64,000 nt of DNA, taken from NCBI GenBank assembly GCA_002269645.1, contig NIVC01001375.1, positions 186,001-250,000 of the forward strand. The letters are read 5' to 3'. Made by a program: the position numbers and the translations under genes. Below are positions 61,799-64,000 of this stretch, one piece after another; positions within the stretch are counted from its first letter, which is position 1, and the number at the start of each line of letters is the position of its first letter. This DNA comes from Macrostomum lignano. Its lineage: Eukaryota. The notes under the pieces are model-generated. The model was not told the DNA's origin and searched no databases. It was given only the letters and a program-made list of their open reading frames with translations.

Positions 61799-62494
61799 AT
61801 GATTACGAAGAACTCAGACAACAAAGGCAGGTTCGGCTTGCTTCGACAAATATTCGACTCTTATCAGAGACAGCAGCAGCGTCGGTGCCAGCATCCGCCG
61901 CCGCTGCCCAGCTACGAGCAGGCTGCTCTAGAAGACCGACTCAATTTGCCACAGGGCATTTTGGCTGATCGGAAATATCGAGTGTGCTACCTGTGCTCAA
62001 CCGACGCCTCTAATTCCAACTCGCCGCCGTCTACTAGCAAGATCATGGACAGTAGTCGGTTGAGGGTAAATCAGCAGACACTGCTGCACAGTCTGGACGA
62101 CATAGCTGCCTACCTGCTGGAGGAGCTCACGGATTTGCGCTACGGCCCTGTCGCTGCGGCACTGCCTATAGTGAAGAAGTTTCTGGTAAACCGAGGCAAA
62201 GTCTTGCTGGTGATGAACACGTCAGCAGCGACACCGGAGCTTCCGCACCGGTTGACCAGCCTGCTGCCAAAAGCATCGGGCTGCCCTTTGCTGGCCCGGC
62301 AGATCGGCACAGTGCAACAGGAGCTTCTGGCACTTCATCGTGGCATCGACGGTGATTTTCACTTGCAGCAGCATCAGCAGCATCAACGACTACTTCGACG
62401 ACACGCGCTGGTTCGAGTCGACTTGGACAAGTTGAGCAGTCTGCTATTGAAAAAGCGAGTCGCAAAAATTGAGTTGAGATCTGAGCGAGTTTGA
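61799..62494 (+). CDS. Hypothetical 231-aa protein (single ORF, no family recognised; PPPLPSY PY-like motif)
   Basis: GC-rich, coding-like island in AT-rich flanks, with Q-runs like the genuine exons in this window. Confidence 0.5.
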   Translation: MITKNSDNKGRFGLLRQIFDSYQRQQQRRCQHPPPLPSYEQAALEDRLNLPQGILADRKYRVCYLCSTDASNSNSPPSTSKIMDSSRLRVNQQTLLHSLDDIAAYLLEELTDLRYGPVAAALPIVKKFLVNRGKVLLVMNTSAATPELPHRLTSLLPKASGCPLLARQIGTVQQELLALHRGIDGDFHLQQHQQHQRLLRRHALVRVDLDKLSSLLLKKRVAKIELRSERV

Positions 62495-63671
62495 AACTAA
62501 TTCGATCATGTTTGAAAACTTCAATCCATTGTCAACCATTTTACGAGCTTTTTTGCAGTGTACACGAAAATGTACATGCATACACTGTACATGTATTAGC
62601 GAAACGTGCATGGTTTCTTGGAAACCTTATCTATGTGAAGTTTTTCATCTCATAAAAATACGCACAGCAATATCTAATATTTTTCCTGCTGCCACCTGTA
62701 CATAACAGCATGTAGCCACCCCAGTTTGTTTAAATTTCTCATCTTTCATTCTGTGTTCTGTTGCCTTTAATTTGTAAATATTTCGACGGTTCTTAATAAA
62801 ATAAATCTGGAGTGCACGAGCTATGTTTTTATTTTCTAAGTCGAAAAAAAGATTTATTTCTTTCATACCTCCAGGTCTCTCTCAGAGTGCAGAAATCAAT
62901 CAACAGCTTTATTCCGAGCTGATCAAGCCTCAAGGTTCATTATCTTCATGTAGCTAGGCCGGTTCGTGCGACCAGCTAACTTGGATCAGTCACTATATAC
63001 ATGTACTACTACTTTTTCGCCATTCGATCCATACTATAAACCCTTGCTTTTAGAGCTCGCATTATTGCGATCGATCAAAGAAAATGAATGCATGTAAAAC
63101 CTGCATTATTTGCATCGTCAGTTGCCTTTTAAATTAAACTCGCAAGAACTATTTAATTACAGCAGGTAATTTCACTCAATCCCAATCAAGCAAAAGAAAA
63201 ACATGCATAGCTATGTTACGTGATTGATTTCCCAGATTATCTAACATAATTGCCCTTACTACGGACCTGTACAGACATAGAAAATTAGAAGAGAGATATA
63301 TACAGAATGAAAACTAAAAAAGGTAGCAAAAAAACTTATTAAGCAGCTAGAAAATAAAATTTAGTTCTAGCTCGTAGTACTGACAGTAGTATATATGCGC
63401 GATGATGATGTACGATGAGAGAGAAGTGATTACATGGACATCATGTAGTCCATCCACATTTATTAGTGTCATATCACATGACATGTACAGTGGTATACAT
63501 GTACATACACATGTGTGTGCATGCAGAGAGATGAATAAATTTCTAAAGCTGAAAAATGAAAATGTAACCCAAAATCACTATAGAAATTCTGCGGCGAAGT
63601 AAAACCCACAGTTGATAAAAGGATCTGCACACAAGGACTATGCACTGTATAACGTATATACAATGGTCCTT

Positions 63672-63927
63672 GGGCCTTTTCATTTTGCTTGTTCTGGTTC
63701 CAGAACCAGAACCAATTTGTGAAGTATAACTTTTTGTCTCCATAACTAGAGGGAGATACGTGCTATAAAGTTTTTATTATTGAATGACAATCGCCAAGAA
63801 GAAAGTGAAAAATCGTGCAAAGTGAGGCTGTTAAGGCAGTCAAATATTAACAGAGTTTAATACTGCTGTTTTTCTTGGAATTCCGAACCGATTCTGGTTC
63901 TGGAATTGGTAATATGAAAAGGCCCCT
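63672..63927. mobile_element. Small MITE-like inverted repeat
   Basis: gggccttttcat versus atgaaaaggccc, with inner ccagaacc/ggttctgg inverted motifs. Confidence 0.35.
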
Positions 63928-64000
63928 TGTCCGCACATTTACGAGCTACATGCAATATATAGTACGGATTTTATACATGTATGGATTTTAAGGTGGGGGG

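Overview
Eukaryotic (animal) genomic DNA: GC-rich GT-AG exons with poly-Q/A/S tracts, minisatellite-filled introns and DNA-transposon relics. This style resembles free-living flatworms such as Macrostomum, but that is an inference, not a verified species call. Left part (6-37 kb): three minus-strand housekeeping genes, LRRC49 (7 exons), a class IA PI3K p110 catalytic subunit (8 exons, about 1089 aa) and TYW1 (6 exons, about 749 aa). Nearly every long intron is a different minisatellite. TYW1 exons 3-4 are triplicated with the middle copy inverted (DUP-TRP/INV-DUP), and both junctions can be read to the base. Middle (37-43 kb): Tc1/mariner, hAT and MITE/foldback relics. 43-56 kb: a tandem array (5.2-5.6 kb spacing) of three uninterrupted, WW-less PCIF1/CAPAM-like N6-adenine methyltransferase ORFs. 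Two are intact; the third is doubly broken at the NPPF catalytic motif and carries a charge-reversed patch. Right end: a degenerate RTE-like LINE, a Dpy-30 motif + ankyrin gene, a 20-bp minisatellite and an orphan 231-aa ORF. The strongest candidates for a novel system are the PCIF1-like array and the TYW1 inverted triplication with competing pre-mRNA pairings. All homology calls come from recognising motifs by eye; no searches were run.
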